A stretch of DNA of 64,000 nt from NCBI GenBank assembly GCA_046582655.1, contig JAYGDX010000336.1, forward strand, positions 1 to 64,000. The letters are read 5' to 3'. Of this stretch, positions 10,348-20,493 are shown one piece after another. A program made the translations under genes and the position numbers. The DNA is from Candidatus Poribacteria bacterium (lineage in GTDB: Bacteria > Poribacteria > WGA-4E > UBA9662). The stretch's first letter is position 1. Each line of letters opens with the position of its first letter. The notes under the pieces are model-generated. The model had not been told where the DNA came from. It saw only the letters and a list, made by a program, of their open reading frames with translations, and made no database searches.

Positions 10348-11592
10348 TTGCAGATAAATAAAGACATGAGTATTGATAATCAGATGACGCTCATCCGAAG
10401 GGGCGCGGTAGAGGTTATTTCTGAAGATGAACTTCGTCAGAAGTTGATAACAGCTCGAGACGAAGATCGACCGCTTCGTGTTAAGCTTGGTCTTGATCCT
10501 ACGGCGCCCGATATCCATCTGGGAATTGCGGTAGTTTTGCGGAAATTAAGATTATTTCAAGATCTTGGTCATGAAGTAATCATCATTATCGGTGACTTTA
10601 CGGCAGCTATCGGCGATCCAAGTGGCAAGTCAAAAACTCGACCACAACTTTCTGTTGATGAAATCCAAGCTAACGCTGAAACGTATGAAAAACAGTATTG
10701 TCAGATTCTTGATCCAGAAAAGACTCAGGTTGTTTTCAATAGTGAATGGCTAGATCGGATGGCATTCTCTGACGTAATAAAATTAACAGCCAGAACAACC
10801 GTTGCCCGAGTGCTAGAGCGTGACGACTTCGTTAAGCGTCTGGAAAGCAACACATCGATCGGAGTTCATGAGATCCTATATCCAATTTGTCAAGGATATG
10901 ATTCTGTCGTGCTGAAAGCAGATATAGAGATGGGAGGAACGGATCAGAAGTTCAACAATCTCATGGGACGAGACTTGCAGCGTGCTGATGGTCAGGAACC
11001 GCAAGTTGTTTTGCTGATGCCGCTTCTCGTTGGCTTAGATGGTACGGAAAAAATGAGTAAATCGCTCGGCAACTACGTTGGGATTTATGAATCACCAAAC
11101 GATATGTACGGTAAGCTGATGTCTATTCCTGATGAATTAATTTTTACCTACTTTGAGTTGACAACTGATGTTCCACTTGATGAGATGCATGAGATGCAGT
11201 CTGCGTTCAATAGCGGCGAGCTTCATCCCAAGGTTGCAAAACAGCGTCTAGCGAGAGAAGTGGTCAGTATATATAGCCATCGGGACGTCGCCCAATCAGC
11301 AGAGGCTCATTTTGAACGCGTTCATAAACACAAAGAATTACCAGTAGAGATCCCTGAAGTTGCGATCTCCCAAAAAAACTTTACCGACGGCAAGATTTGG
11401 ATTGCGCATATCATAGCGGAATCCAATTTCGCCCAGAGCTCTAGCGAAGCAATACGATTGGTGAAACAAGGAGCTGTCAGGTTAAACGGAGAAAGGATCA
11501 CAGATGACAAAGCAACGATTGAGTTTCAAAATGAAACTGTACTCCAAGTTGGCAAACGCAAATTTGCTAGACTCATCTTATCAAGCACTTAG
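10348..11592 (+). CDS. tyrS: Tyrosine--tRNA ligase
   Basis: KLGLDPTAPDIHLG (HIGH-like), QGYDS, GGTDQKFN, KMSKS, C-terminal S4 domain ending QVGKRKF; likely start ATG 10366. Confidence 0.98.
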   Translation: MQINKDMSIDNQMTLIRRGAVEVISEDELRQKLITARDEDRPLRVKLGLDPTAPDIHLGIAVVLRKLRLFQDLGHEVIIIIGDFTAAIGDPSGKSKTRPQLSVDEIQANAETYEKQYCQILDPEKTQVVFNSEWLDRMAFSDVIKLTARTTVARVLERDDFVKRLESNTSIGVHEILYPICQGYDSVVLKADIEMGGTDQKFNNLMGRDLQRADGQEPQVVLLMPLLVGLDGTEKMSKSLGNYVGIYESPNDMYGKLMSIPDELIFTYFELTTDVPLDEMHEMQSAFNSGELHPKVAKQRLAREVVSIYSHRDVAQSAEAHFERVHKHKELPVEIPEVAISQKNFTDGKIWIAHIIAESNFAQSSSEAIRLVKQGAVRLNGERITDDKATIEFQNETVLQVGKRKFARLILSST

Positions 11593-11594
11593 AG

Positions 11595-12254
11595 ATGCAT
11601 GTTTGTCTTCTTCTGCCTGCCTACAATGAAGCAAAAACGATAGGTCAAGTTGTTCGGGAAGCGTCAGAGTTTGTAAATGATATTCTTGTCATTGACGATG
11701 GATCAGTTGATAAAACTGCACAGATTGCAGAAGAAGCCGGCGGGAAAGTCATCAAACACAGTACGAACCTTGGTAAGGGAATGGCGCTTCGTACAGGGTT
11801 TGACTACGTTTCACAGAAAGGTTACGATTTGATCGCTACTATGGATAGTGACGGTCAACATCAGCCAAGTGATCTACCTCGTTTCATTGATTATTTTAAG
11901 AATAATAAACCAGATATTATAATTGGGGCGCGAATACATGATAGAATTAAGATGCCTCGACATCGTCGGTTTAATAATTGGCTGGTTTCATCGGTAGGGT
12001 CAGCCCTCTGTGGTCAGGAGGTGAAGGACTTTCAATCCGGATTTCGCCTAATCCGAACAGAAGTCCTCAGATCAGTTGAACTCCATACCGAACGCTATGA
12101 AACAGAATCTGAATTGCTAATTAAAGCAGGACGAATTGGATTCAAAATTCAGAGTATTCCAATTAATACTATTTATAATGCTGAAGTAAGCAATATCAAG
12201 CCACTACGCGAAATGAGGCTCTTTACAAAGTTGCTGATCAATTCACTCAAATAG
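11595..12254 (+). CDS. Glycosyltransferase family 2 (DPM1-like polyprenol-phosphate glycosyltransferase)
   Basis: PAYNE, DDGSVD, GKG, MDSDGQH, DFQSGFR motifs. Confidence 0.92.
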   Translation: MHVCLLLPAYNEAKTIGQVVREASEFVNDILVIDDGSVDKTAQIAEEAGGKVIKHSTNLGKGMALRTGFDYVSQKGYDLIATMDSDGQHQPSDLPRFIDYFKNNKPDIIIGARIHDRIKMPRHRRFNNWLVSSVGSALCGQEVKDFQSGFRLIRTEVLRSVELHTERYETESELLIKAGRIGFKIQSIPINTIYNAEVSNIKPLREMRLFTKLLINSLK

Positions 12255-12312
12255 GGTCGACGTCTTAACAAATGAGATAGGTGTCAATAAAAAATCATCT
12301 TTTTGGCATGTC

Positions 12313-14745
12313 TCAGTGTGGTATTTTGGCCTTGTGAGCTCCAATACTTTTTGAGATGGCTGGTATTAAAATATTCGATGTATTCTTTGAATAGTCGAAG
12401 ATGGCAAAACCAGCAGATCCGAATTGTCGAGTGAGGTAGATTTGAGCAGCTACCTGATCAACAGGTAGGCTGAAAATCGAGGCAGTCGCACCAATACCCG
12501 GGTAAACGGGAAAGTTTCTTGGAAGAATATTTTTGTGGTTCTGCACCATTTGGGAAAAATGGTCATTGTCGGCAGTATAGTTCATTGGACAGAGGAAATC
12601 AACGTAACCGAGTTTAGCCCATTTGACCCAATCTTGTCCTATTGATTGAACACAATACGGGTAGTCGTTAAAAACAGCAGCTGAGATTTTCAGGTTAGGT
12701 CGAGTTAATTTTGCTTTTTCGCTGACTGCTTTAACGAGGATTGTAATCTGATCTGCCCGCCAAGCGATAAATTTCTTTCGCATTTCACCTGATTTCAAGA
12801 CATTAGCCGGCCAATTTTTGACTTTCTGATTAATTGACCGGGTAAAACCTTGTCGGCAATTATCGCAGTAGCATCCATCCGAACTTGGATACCGGATGTA
12901 ATCGAAATGAATACCGTCGATATCATATTTCTTGGTTACTTCGATCAGACTATCTATCTCCAGTTTCCGGTTATCCTGATGTGATGGACAGAGCCAAAGA
13001 ATCTCGGTGTTGGTTTTCGATTTTTGTAGTCGGTTTTCTTGACGTAACGTTTCCACAAATGATTTTGGCGCATTACTTAAATTCCAGTTTACTTTCCAAA
13101 TATGTACCTCTAAACCATGTTTTCTGGCAGCCAATACACACTGACTGATCTGATCCCCGTAATGATCGAAAGTCCAGCTTCTCGGCAGAATATCGCTCGC
13201 GTAATGTGCAAGCCCCGCCCACAACATGTTGGGGAAAATCATGTTGAATCCGGCAGCGGCCAGTTCATAGGCGGAACGATCCCAGTCACCGGGATACGCT
13301 CCTGTTCCAGAATGGTTCCAAATAGCGCGCCCTTCCACTGTTGGGTTGTCCTGTGAAAACAGGTAAGCTTGGGACAACAGATCTCGAGCTTGCCCCGACA
13401 TTTCAATTGCCGAGGCAATATTGCCGTTTTCATAATTCCTAATTGCGTTCTCGTGTATATTCTTGGCCCGATTTAGTAATTTCGTTGCTTCGCTTTTGCT
13501 AGATCTTTTAATAAACCTCTCCAGTTTATCTCTGTCAGTGAAATGGCCGACGCGCATCATGTTGCCAATTAAATGTTTAGCAATCATTTGATGTATGTTT
13601 GGGAAAAAATGACCGACAACAGCGGCTAACATTTGCTGTTTCTGGGCAAGGTCGTCGTTCAAGATTAGATGTGAGAAAAACGCTCCATATTTGCCGACGA
13701 TCACAGCTGGATATTTACTTGGATTTCCTTCACTGTCGTACCATATACCGACCACACGACTTCGGTTATCTATTGGTTCCGCCACGGTAATATTCCATGA
13801 TGCTTGCTTCACCGATTTGGGGAAGCCATGTTGCTCAGGAAACCGAATTTCAGCGAACTGTCCATCGTTTTCTTCCTGTACCCAGCCAGTGGGCCTGACC
13901 CCAATTAATTGGGCAACATTTTTATCTAACTTGTAAATAGCAAGAATTTTCCCCCCTGATACAATAAGCTCCTTCAAGGCAATGGCCAGTTTTGGAGACA
14001 CTTTAGGATTCATAGGCAGAACAACGAATTTGTACTTATGTCTCACTAATAGATTGACTGATGGTGAATGGTCTGTTACAGAATCGCTTAGTAGACCAAT
14101 TGTTGCAAACATTCTGCTGAGAGTTTGGGCGAATTTCTTGGCTGTCTCAACTTCCTTTAATTGGCATCCTGATTTAGTGGTTGGTAAGATTATGGCAATT
14201 TGGCTACGCCGTGCCAATAACCGGTCCAACACAAACTGGCAGTCCTCCTTTTGAGCGGACCAGGCGGAGAGGCGAATACCGGTGATGTTATGCCATCCAT
14301 CTGGGTTTCCTTCTGGATGGAACTCCAACTTATTGAAAGTCAATCTCTGCCAGCCTAATTTAGCCATAGGTGAGTAACAACCAAACCATCCATCACCACT
14401 TTTAAAGTAGAGAGTAAAGGCATGAAAAGCCCATGGTTCTAATAGAAAGATGTCAAGGGTGAAAGAACCGTACATACTGAGGTCAAGTTCGATGTCTCGA
14501 TCATAACTTACCCGCTGAATCCCCTGTGAAAAATGAGCGTTAGACTTCAATCCATAGCCATGACGAATAATTTTCACTACGTCTGGCGGTTCACTCTGTA
14601 CCCCTCGCCAAACCTTTTGTATTTTCAAGTTGGTTTCGTAGTCAAAGTCATCAATTACCATTTCAGTTGCAGTTGGATCTGTTTCAATTGCGAAGCTTAA
14701 ACGTACCAACGATAGGATGAAACATATGTATTTTAACAATTTCAC
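12313..14745 (-). CDS. Secreted glycosyl hydrolase-like 10 (DUF187/YddW-type) protein with N-terminal carbohydrate-binding-like domain
   Basis: Signal peptide; C-terminal EGRAIW, GLEVHIW, WLCPSH, YDIDGIHFDYIRYP, QDWVKW, PMNY motifs. Confidence 0.85.
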   Translation of the reverse strand: MKLLKYICFILSLVRLSFAIETDPTATEMVIDDFDYETNLKIQKVWRGVQSEPPDVVKIIRHGYGLKSNAHFSQGIQRVSYDRDIELDLSMYGSFTLDIFLLEPWAFHAFTLYFKSGDGWFGCYSPMAKLGWQRLTFNKLEFHPEGNPDGWHNITGIRLSAWSAQKEDCQFVLDRLLARRSQIAIILPTTKSGCQLKEVETAKKFAQTLSRMFATIGLLSDSVTDHSPSVNLLVRHKYKFVVLPMNPKVSPKLAIALKELIVSGGKILAIYKLDKNVAQLIGVRPTGWVQEENDGQFAEIRFPEQHGFPKSVKQASWNITVAEPIDNRSRVVGIWYDSEGNPSKYPAVIVGKYGAFFSHLILNDDLAQKQQMLAAVVGHFFPNIHQMIAKHLIGNMMRVGHFTDRDKLERFIKRSSKSEATKLLNRAKNIHENAIRNYENGNIASAIEMSGQARDLLSQAYLFSQDNPTVEGRAIWNHSGTGAYPGDWDRSAYELAAAGFNMIFPNMLWAGLAHYASDILPRSWTFDHYGDQISQCVLAARKHGLEVHIWKVNWNLSNAPKSFVETLRQENRLQKSKTNTEILWLCPSHQDNRKLEIDSLIEVTKKYDIDGIHFDYIRYPSSDGCYCDNCRQGFTRSINQKVKNWPANVLKSGEMRKKFIAWRADQITILVKAVSEKAKLTRPNLKISAAVFNDYPYCVQSIGQDWVKWAKLGYVDFLCPMNYTADNDHFSQMVQNHKNILPRNFPVYPGIGATASIFSLPVDQVAAQIYLTRQFGSAGFAIFDYSKNTSNILIPAISKSIGAHKAKIPH

Positions 14746-14839
14746 TCCAGGATTTCAGCCTCTCAAGCGACGGAATCTTAACGTAAAAGCTTGGCACTGT
14801 CAAGCTAACTAAAGTGATACTTACCTTGGCCTGTCTGCG

Positions 14840-14868
14840 TTGATATGATGTAGAATACGTGTTATAAT
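14840..14868 (+). promoter_or_regulatory. Sigma70-type promoter TTGATA-N17-TATAAT with extended -10 TG, for the gmk operon
   Basis: Hexamers and TGn extension seen directly, 37 bp before the gmk ATG. Confidence 0.65.
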
Positions 14869-14905
14869 TGCATGCCAAAATTGAAACGAGTCATTAGTAC
14901 CAAAC

Positions 14906-15556
14906 ATGTGGCAAAATAGAGTTAGAAGACAGGGATCTATTATTGTCATTTCCGGTCCATCCGGGGTGGGAAAGGGTAGTGTTATCGATTTGCTTTGTCA
15001 GCAAGATGAAAATCTTGTAAAGTCAATATCGGCGACCACTCGTACGCCACGTCCCCACGAAATTGACGGCGTTGATTACCATTTCGTATCGGTTTCCAAG
15101 TTTAAAAATTTGATTGGCCGAAGCGGGTTGGTTGAATGGACACAATACGGTGAAAACTATTACGGTACTTTGAGATCGATGGTTGAATCAACAACCGCGT
15201 CCGGAAAAGATTTAATACTGGAAATTGATGTTGATGGTGTCATACAACTCCGAGAGCTTGGAATCGAAGGGACCTTTGTTTTTATTTTGCCACCGTCCAC
15301 AGAGGTTTTAGCAAACCGGCTTCGTGGTCGAGGAACAGAATCGCAAACTGAGATTGATCACCGCTTGGCACGTGCCAGAACCGAAGTTTATTTTGCCAAG
15401 GACTATGATTTCTGGGTGATTAATGCCGACAATCAAATAGGTCAAACCGTTTCGGAAATCCTTCAAGTTATTTATACGGAACGACATCGAATCGATCAGG
15501 TGATACTGAAGCAAATCTATGACGTGTTTGATGCCATCATACCTGAAAACAGATAA
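14906..15556 (+). CDS. gmk: Guanylate kinase
   Basis: SGPSGVGKG P-loop, SATTRTPRPHEIDGVDYHF, YYGT, LEIDVDG, FILPPS, RGRGTES. Confidence 0.97.
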   Translation: MWQNRVRRQGSIIVISGPSGVGKGSVIDLLCQQDENLVKSISATTRTPRPHEIDGVDYHFVSVSKFKNLIGRSGLVEWTQYGENYYGTLRSMVESTTASGKDLILEIDVDGVIQLRELGIEGTFVFILPPSTEVLANRLRGRGTESQTEIDHRLARARTEVYFAKDYDFWVINADNQIGQTVSEILQVIYTERHRIDQVILKQIYDVFDAIIPENR

Positions 15557-15561
15557 ATACT

Positions 15562-16764
15562 TTGGAACTAAAGAACAAGAACATCATTTTAGGAGTATCC
15601 GGTTGCATCGCGGTTCACAAATCATTGGATGTCGCAAGTCAACTGGTGAAGCAAGGGGCGTCCGTTCATGTTGTGATGACGTCAAACGCGACACGCATGG
15701 TTCAGCCGATACAATTCCAAGTCATATCCCGGAATCCTGTTCTCCTCAATCTTTACGATTCTAAGGACGATTGGCAACCACCGCATATTAGTCTGGCTGA
15801 TCTGGCTGACCTGCTTGTGGTTGCTCCTGCCACAGCCAATATTGTGGGTAAAATTGCTAATGGGATCGCAGATGATGCCCTTTCCACGGTAGCAATTTCA
15901 GTTCATTGCCCCGTACTGTTAGCTCCCGCCATGAACAGTTACATGTATCAAAACGCCTTTGTAGAAAAGAACCTGCAAAAGCTCAGGAAAAACGGTGTCA
16001 ACCTGATTGAACCGGCAAGTGGTCTGCTTGCTTGTGGTCATGAAGGAATCGGCCGATTGGAGGATGTAGATGTTATCCTTGATCGAATTGTAAGTGTGCT
16101 GGTTCCTAAAAGGGATCTGGTTGGTAGAAAAGTGATTGTTACCGCTGGACCAACGCGCGAATATATTGATCCAATCCGATTTATCACCAATAGATCAAGT
16201 GGTCGGATGGGGTATGCTATTGCGGAAACGGCTATGGCCCGTGGAGCTAAAGTCACGCTGATTAGTGGTAAAACGCATCTAGAAGCACCCGCTAACCTTG
16301 AATTCCGTCAAGTTGAAACAGCGGCCGAGATGAGAAAAGCGATTCTGGATGATTTTGATACGGCAGATGTCGTCATCATGTCAGCGGCGGTAAGCGATTA
16401 TCGTCCCAGTGAATATAGCTCAGTCAAAATAAAAAAGACCGAAGAACCAATGACAATCCCGCTGAGTCGAAATGCTGATATTTTGTTAGATCTCGGCAAC
16501 CGAAAAGATCCAGATCAACTCCTTATTGGTTTTGCTGCTGAAACGGACAATATTCTTCAGAATGCACAACAGAAACTTGTTAGCAAGAACCTCGATCTCA
16601 TTATCGCAAACGATGTGTCTGCAGAAGGCGCTGGTTTTGAAGTAGACACAAATATCGTTAGCATCATTGATGGTGGTGGAAAGTGCGATCAGCTTCCTTT
16701 GATGTCAAAACATGATATTGCCGACCAGATTTTGAACCGTGTTGTTCAGCTTTTTCAGAAATGA
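15562..16764 (+). CDS. coaBC: Bifunctional phosphopantothenoylcysteine decarboxylase / phosphopantothenate--cysteine ligase
   Basis: GVSGCIAVHK, APATAN, PAMN, LACG, TAGPTREYIDPIRFITNRSSGRMG, AAVSDY, GFAAET. Confidence 0.97.
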   Translation: MELKNKNIILGVSGCIAVHKSLDVASQLVKQGASVHVVMTSNATRMVQPIQFQVISRNPVLLNLYDSKDDWQPPHISLADLADLLVVAPATANIVGKIANGIADDALSTVAISVHCPVLLAPAMNSYMYQNAFVEKNLQKLRKNGVNLIEPASGLLACGHEGIGRLEDVDVILDRIVSVLVPKRDLVGRKVIVTAGPTREYIDPIRFITNRSSGRMGYAIAETAMARGAKVTLISGKTHLEAPANLEFRQVETAAEMRKAILDDFDTADVVIMSAAVSDYRPSEYSSVKIKKTEEPMTIPLSRNADILLDLGNRKDPDQLLIGFAAETDNILQNAQQKLVSKNLDLIIANDVSAEGAGFEVDTNIVSIIDGGGKCDQLPLMSKHDIADQILNRVVQLFQK

Positions 16765-17615
16765 GCCTAAAACAAAAAGTTCGTGATTTTGTTTGTCATA
16801 CTGGTAGGTATCCGAATAAGAGACTGGGGCAGAATTTTCTAATTGATGCCAATATTTTACCGAAGATTGTGTCCGAAGCAGATATAGAACCCGTAGACTT
16901 GGTGATTGAAATTGGCGCTGGACTGGGGTTTCTGACATCCGAAATTGTGAAGCGGGCTAACAAGACTGTCACTATTGAGATTGATAGTTTTTTGTGTGAA
17001 ACGCTACGCCAGCAATTCTCGGATATTCCAGATTTTACGCTAGTTGAAGATGATGTTCTCCAATTGAACCTCTCCCGTTTTTTTTTAGGTTATGATCGGA
17101 AAAATGTAAAGATTATCGGTAATTTGCCCTATTATGCCTCCACACCAATTGTATGGAAACTGCTTAAATATAATCAACACATCAGTTGTTGTTTGCTGAT
17201 GTTTCAGACAGAGGTTGCTCGGCGTATCGTGGCATCACCAGGAAGTAAGGATTATGGCGCGTTGTCAATCGGTATCGATTACTACGCAAAAGCTGAGGTG
17301 GTTCTGCATCTATCGCCCAATCAATTTTATCCAGTTCCGAAAGTAAGTTCTTCGCTAGTTAAACTCACTTTACGCCCCCAGCCCAAAGTTTTAGTAAAAG
17401 ACGAGGTGTTGTTTTTTCAACTTGTACGTTCCGCTTTCCAGTTTAGACGTAAAATGTTACGGAACGCGATTGAAAATGGTTGTATTAATCTTGATATGGA
17501 GCAAATGAATCGAGTATTTACAATTTTAAAAATTGATTCGAATCGGAGAGGCGAGACGTTATATATCTCGGAATTTGCTGAAATTGCTAATACTTTCACC
17601 GCAACAACAGGTTAA
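16761..17615 (+). CDS. rsmA: 16S rRNA (adenine-N6,N6)-dimethyltransferase KsgA
   Basis: LGQNFL, EIGAGLG, GNLPYY, FYPVPKVSS, FQFRRKMLRN, RRGETL. Confidence 0.96.
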   Translation: MSLKQKVRDFVCHTGRYPNKRLGQNFLIDANILPKIVSEADIEPVDLVIEIGAGLGFLTSEIVKRANKTVTIEIDSFLCETLRQQFSDIPDFTLVEDDVLQLNLSRFFLGYDRKNVKIIGNLPYYASTPIVWKLLKYNQHISCCLLMFQTEVARRIVASPGSKDYGALSIGIDYYAKAEVVLHLSPNQFYPVPKVSSSLVKLTLRPQPKVLVKDEVLFFQLVRSAFQFRRKMLRNAIENGCINLDMEQMNRVFTILKIDSNRRGETLYISEFAEIANTFTATTG

Positions 17616-19037
17616 ATGAAGAGAATTGTCTGTTTCTATATCCTTCCTTTGGTTACTCTCTGTTTGTCATGCGTGAATTCGATAAATACGCAAAGGGCTT
17701 TTCAGCAAGCATCCTTGAAGCATGACCGGATGGTGCAGGAACCAACGAGTACTTCGGAGTTTAAATGGCATTTACTGATCGGTGAGTTTGAGCGTATTCT
17801 TGAAGCGGAACCCAACGGTGAGATGGCTGATGACACGAGATGGGCAATCGCTTCCTGTTGGATGTGGCTCGCTCAATCGGAGGGAGAATCAACTGAAGGA
17901 TCAAGGCAGCGCGCAATAGAAGCATTTAATCAGTTGATTACCAATCACTTGGATTCTGAATATATTCCCGAAGCATATTTCTGGTTGGGATGTTGCTATC
18001 GCGATATTAAAGACCCTGATCAAGCAGAATTGAAATTTCAGACGGTTTTGGATCAGTATCCAAATCATCAGATTGTACAGAATACACGATTGGAGTTAGA
18101 AAGACTTTCAACCTCTAAAATTGAGTCGAAACTGGAACAGAAAGTACAATTTTTCTTGCCGACATCACAGCCAAGGAATGAAGAGCTGGTAGTGAGTTCT
18201 TCTCTGCCAGATGTGTCCTTAACTAAGTCTGTAGCCAGTACCTCGACTATAGAACCTGAAGTCTCACCAGAAGATGGGAACGGCACCCCTGAAATTGAAT
18301 CAGCTAATCTAGTAGAGGTATCGCCTAAGATAATCGAGGATCCTTCACTGGTACAACAACTTGGATTAAACGTACGAAAAATTGTTATAGATCCTGGTCA
18401 TGGATCAAAAGATCCAGGTGCTGTTAGCAGTTTCGGAAAAGAGAAATCAGTTGTCTTAAGTTTATCCAAGATTCTGCGTAATTTGTTGGTCAACAAAGGG
18501 TATGACGTACGCATGACACGCGAAGCCGATAGATTCATTCCACTTCAGGACCGACCGGAATTTGCAAACAATCAAGGGGCAGATCTCTTTCTCAGTATTC
18601 ATGTGAACGCACACAAAAATCCAAAAGTATCTGGAATTGAAACCTATTATCTGGCGTTAGCCTCGGACGCGTCCGCCAGTGAGACGGCTGCACGTGAAAA
18701 CGTGGGAGCAAGCTATAGCATTCAGGAATTAGACTTGTTAGTATCTAAAATTTTGCACGAAAGTAAAAGTGAGGAAAGTCAACGTCTGGCAGAGTGTGTG
18801 CAGTCGGAGTTAATTTACACAACAGGCTTGGTAAATCGTGGCGTCAAACACGCACCATTCGTTGTTCTTATTGGTACAAAGGTTCCGGCAATTTTGATTG
18901 AAATTGGGTTTCTATCAAATGAAATTGAAGCCAAGCAACTTATCACGGTCGAGTATCAGCAGAAACTTGCTGCAGCAATCGTTTCCGGAGTAGAAGATTA
19001 TGTTGCCAACGTGCCAAAAATTACAAAGAAGAAATAA
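17616..19037 (+). CDS. Lipoprotein N-acetylmuramoyl-L-alanine amidase (Amidase_3) with N-terminal TPR/BamD-like region
   Basis: Lipobox-like LCLSC; TPR-like 'PEAYFWLG...YP'; low-complexity linker; IDPGHG..DPGA, EK, SIHVNA, PAILIEIGFLSN. Confidence 0.92.
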   Translation: MKRIVCFYILPLVTLCLSCVNSINTQRAFQQASLKHDRMVQEPTSTSEFKWHLLIGEFERILEAEPNGEMADDTRWAIASCWMWLAQSEGESTEGSRQRAIEAFNQLITNHLDSEYIPEAYFWLGCCYRDIKDPDQAELKFQTVLDQYPNHQIVQNTRLELERLSTSKIESKLEQKVQFFLPTSQPRNEELVVSSSLPDVSLTKSVASTSTIEPEVSPEDGNGTPEIESANLVEVSPKIIEDPSLVQQLGLNVRKIVIDPGHGSKDPGAVSSFGKEKSVVLSLSKILRNLLVNKGYDVRMTREADRFIPLQDRPEFANNQGADLFLSIHVNAHKNPKVSGIETYYLALASDASASETAARENVGASYSIQELDLLVSKILHESKSEESQRLAECVQSELIYTTGLVNRGVKHAPFVVLIGTKVPAILIEIGFLSNEIEAKQLITVEYQQKLAAAIVSGVEDYVANVPKITKKK

Positions 19038-19629
19038 TTTTTTCGATGGTTATTGCACTACCTTGCCAACTTCTCCTGACATTGTGCTTAAAATACGGGA
19101 AGGTCATTACGCGTTACGTTTGATAAACGAGATCCAACCCACACTCAAAGCTGGAGGCCTAGCCAAATTTTCGTTCCTGGACGAATAGAAGATGATTGTG
19201 AGGAAGCGCGGCGTTAGAAGATGAATTTGCTTTGAGTGATGGGGCCTTTAGACAATTTGAAAGAGCTAGCCAAAGATCTGGTAGTAGAAAAGCTTGGTTT
19301 TTGGAATAATAAATCTGGGAATCAAGCTAGATTAACGCAATTTTAAAACATCTGATAATCACTTATCTAATGGGTGCAAGGAATTCTGGATTGGGTCCTT
19401 GTTTTACCGATTTCCTAACTTTTAGTGGAATCAGTTCTGGGGTATGTAGAGGGCGTTTATTCGGAAAAAGGTAATCCAAACTAATGGTAAAATCAATATC
19501 TGAATTGTGTCATATTAAGAAAACCGAACGCGACCAATTTTGTGTCTATTTCCAGAATACTCGAAATTTTGTTTTTGAACCTAGTATCAAGACACTTTGA
19601 AGACTTCGTAACTTGAATGGAGATATAAA

Positions 19630-20379
19630 ATGCACCTTCGTTATGCAGATCTTTCACTTCCTCAGTCTCTACCTAACGGAAAAGTTCTTGTTTACCCAAC
19701 TATAAATCAAGACTGCCGGACGCTTAATCATTTTAATCGACGGGCGCTGAATTCTGGTTGTAGTACTTCCGATTTTATCCATCCGTCTGTTGAATCTTTT
19801 TGGGTCATTATCAGTGGTACAGGTACGATGAAACTTGGTTCTGAAACTTTTACCGTTCAGCCGCGTAGTCTAATTATTATCCCGCCTGATGTTCCGCATT
19901 CTCTGGTTGCAGACCAATCACCTATTGACTGGTTCGACTTGTCGTTCCATTCAGCCGTTTGGAAAACAGCCGCTAAAGCGTTACTGGATGGTATTGGAGA
20001 ACCACATGGAGATCATATTCAAGGCCAACCAATGTTGATTGAAGGGGAAAAACTGCCACCGCAAGAGGGCAACACATGTTACAGATATCCTCATGCGCGT
20101 CCGCATTCGACTTTGGATCACTGGGATCAGAATAGCAATGAACCTGGGACTCGTGCAGCCGACCATGTTCATGAAGAGCACGAAGAGTTTTGGTATATCC
20201 ATCAAGGTTCTGGGTATGTTGAACAGGATGACCGGATTTTTACCGTTACGGCTGGGGACCTAATTGGACATCCGCCCGGAGTGCATCATACACTGGTTGC
20301 TGATAAGGAACCAATCCGTTGGTACTGTTTCTGCATGAACCGATGGTTAATGCCACTGGTGAGTGACGTTCTGGTTTAG
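19630..20379 (+). CDS. Bicupin (two cupin domains)
   Basis: Domain 1: FIHPSVESFW...IPPDVPHSL. Domain 2: HVHEEHEEFWYI...HPPGVHHTL. Confidence 0.85.
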   Translation: MHLRYADLSLPQSLPNGKVLVYPTINQDCRTLNHFNRRALNSGCSTSDFIHPSVESFWVIISGTGTMKLGSETFTVQPRSLIIIPPDVPHSLVADQSPIDWFDLSFHSAVWKTAAKALLDGIGEPHGDHIQGQPMLIEGEKLPPQEGNTCYRYPHARPHSTLDHWDQNSNEPGTRAADHVHEEHEEFWYIHQGSGYVEQDDRIFTVTAGDLIGHPPGVHHTLVADKEPIRWYCFCMNRWLMPLVSDVLV

Positions 20380-20493
20380 GTCTAATTCTGACAGTCTTAA
20401 TTCGAAAACTTGCAGATCGACTAATGTGTTGTTATATGACCGACAGCCTGCCAAAATCTGAACTGGCAATGTAGTTTAAGCCTCATGGTTTTA

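Noticed and set aside
10185..10365. T-box leader upstream of tyrS
   Set aside because: The promoter lies only about 55 bp from the start, and no AGGGTGGNACCGCG T-box motif is present.
19040..19620. Possible small gene or RNA in long intergenic regions (also 28920-29480, 51810-52540, 60560-60950)
   Set aside because: Only short ORFs or unassignable fragments were seen, with no recognisable tRNA, riboswitch or protein motif.
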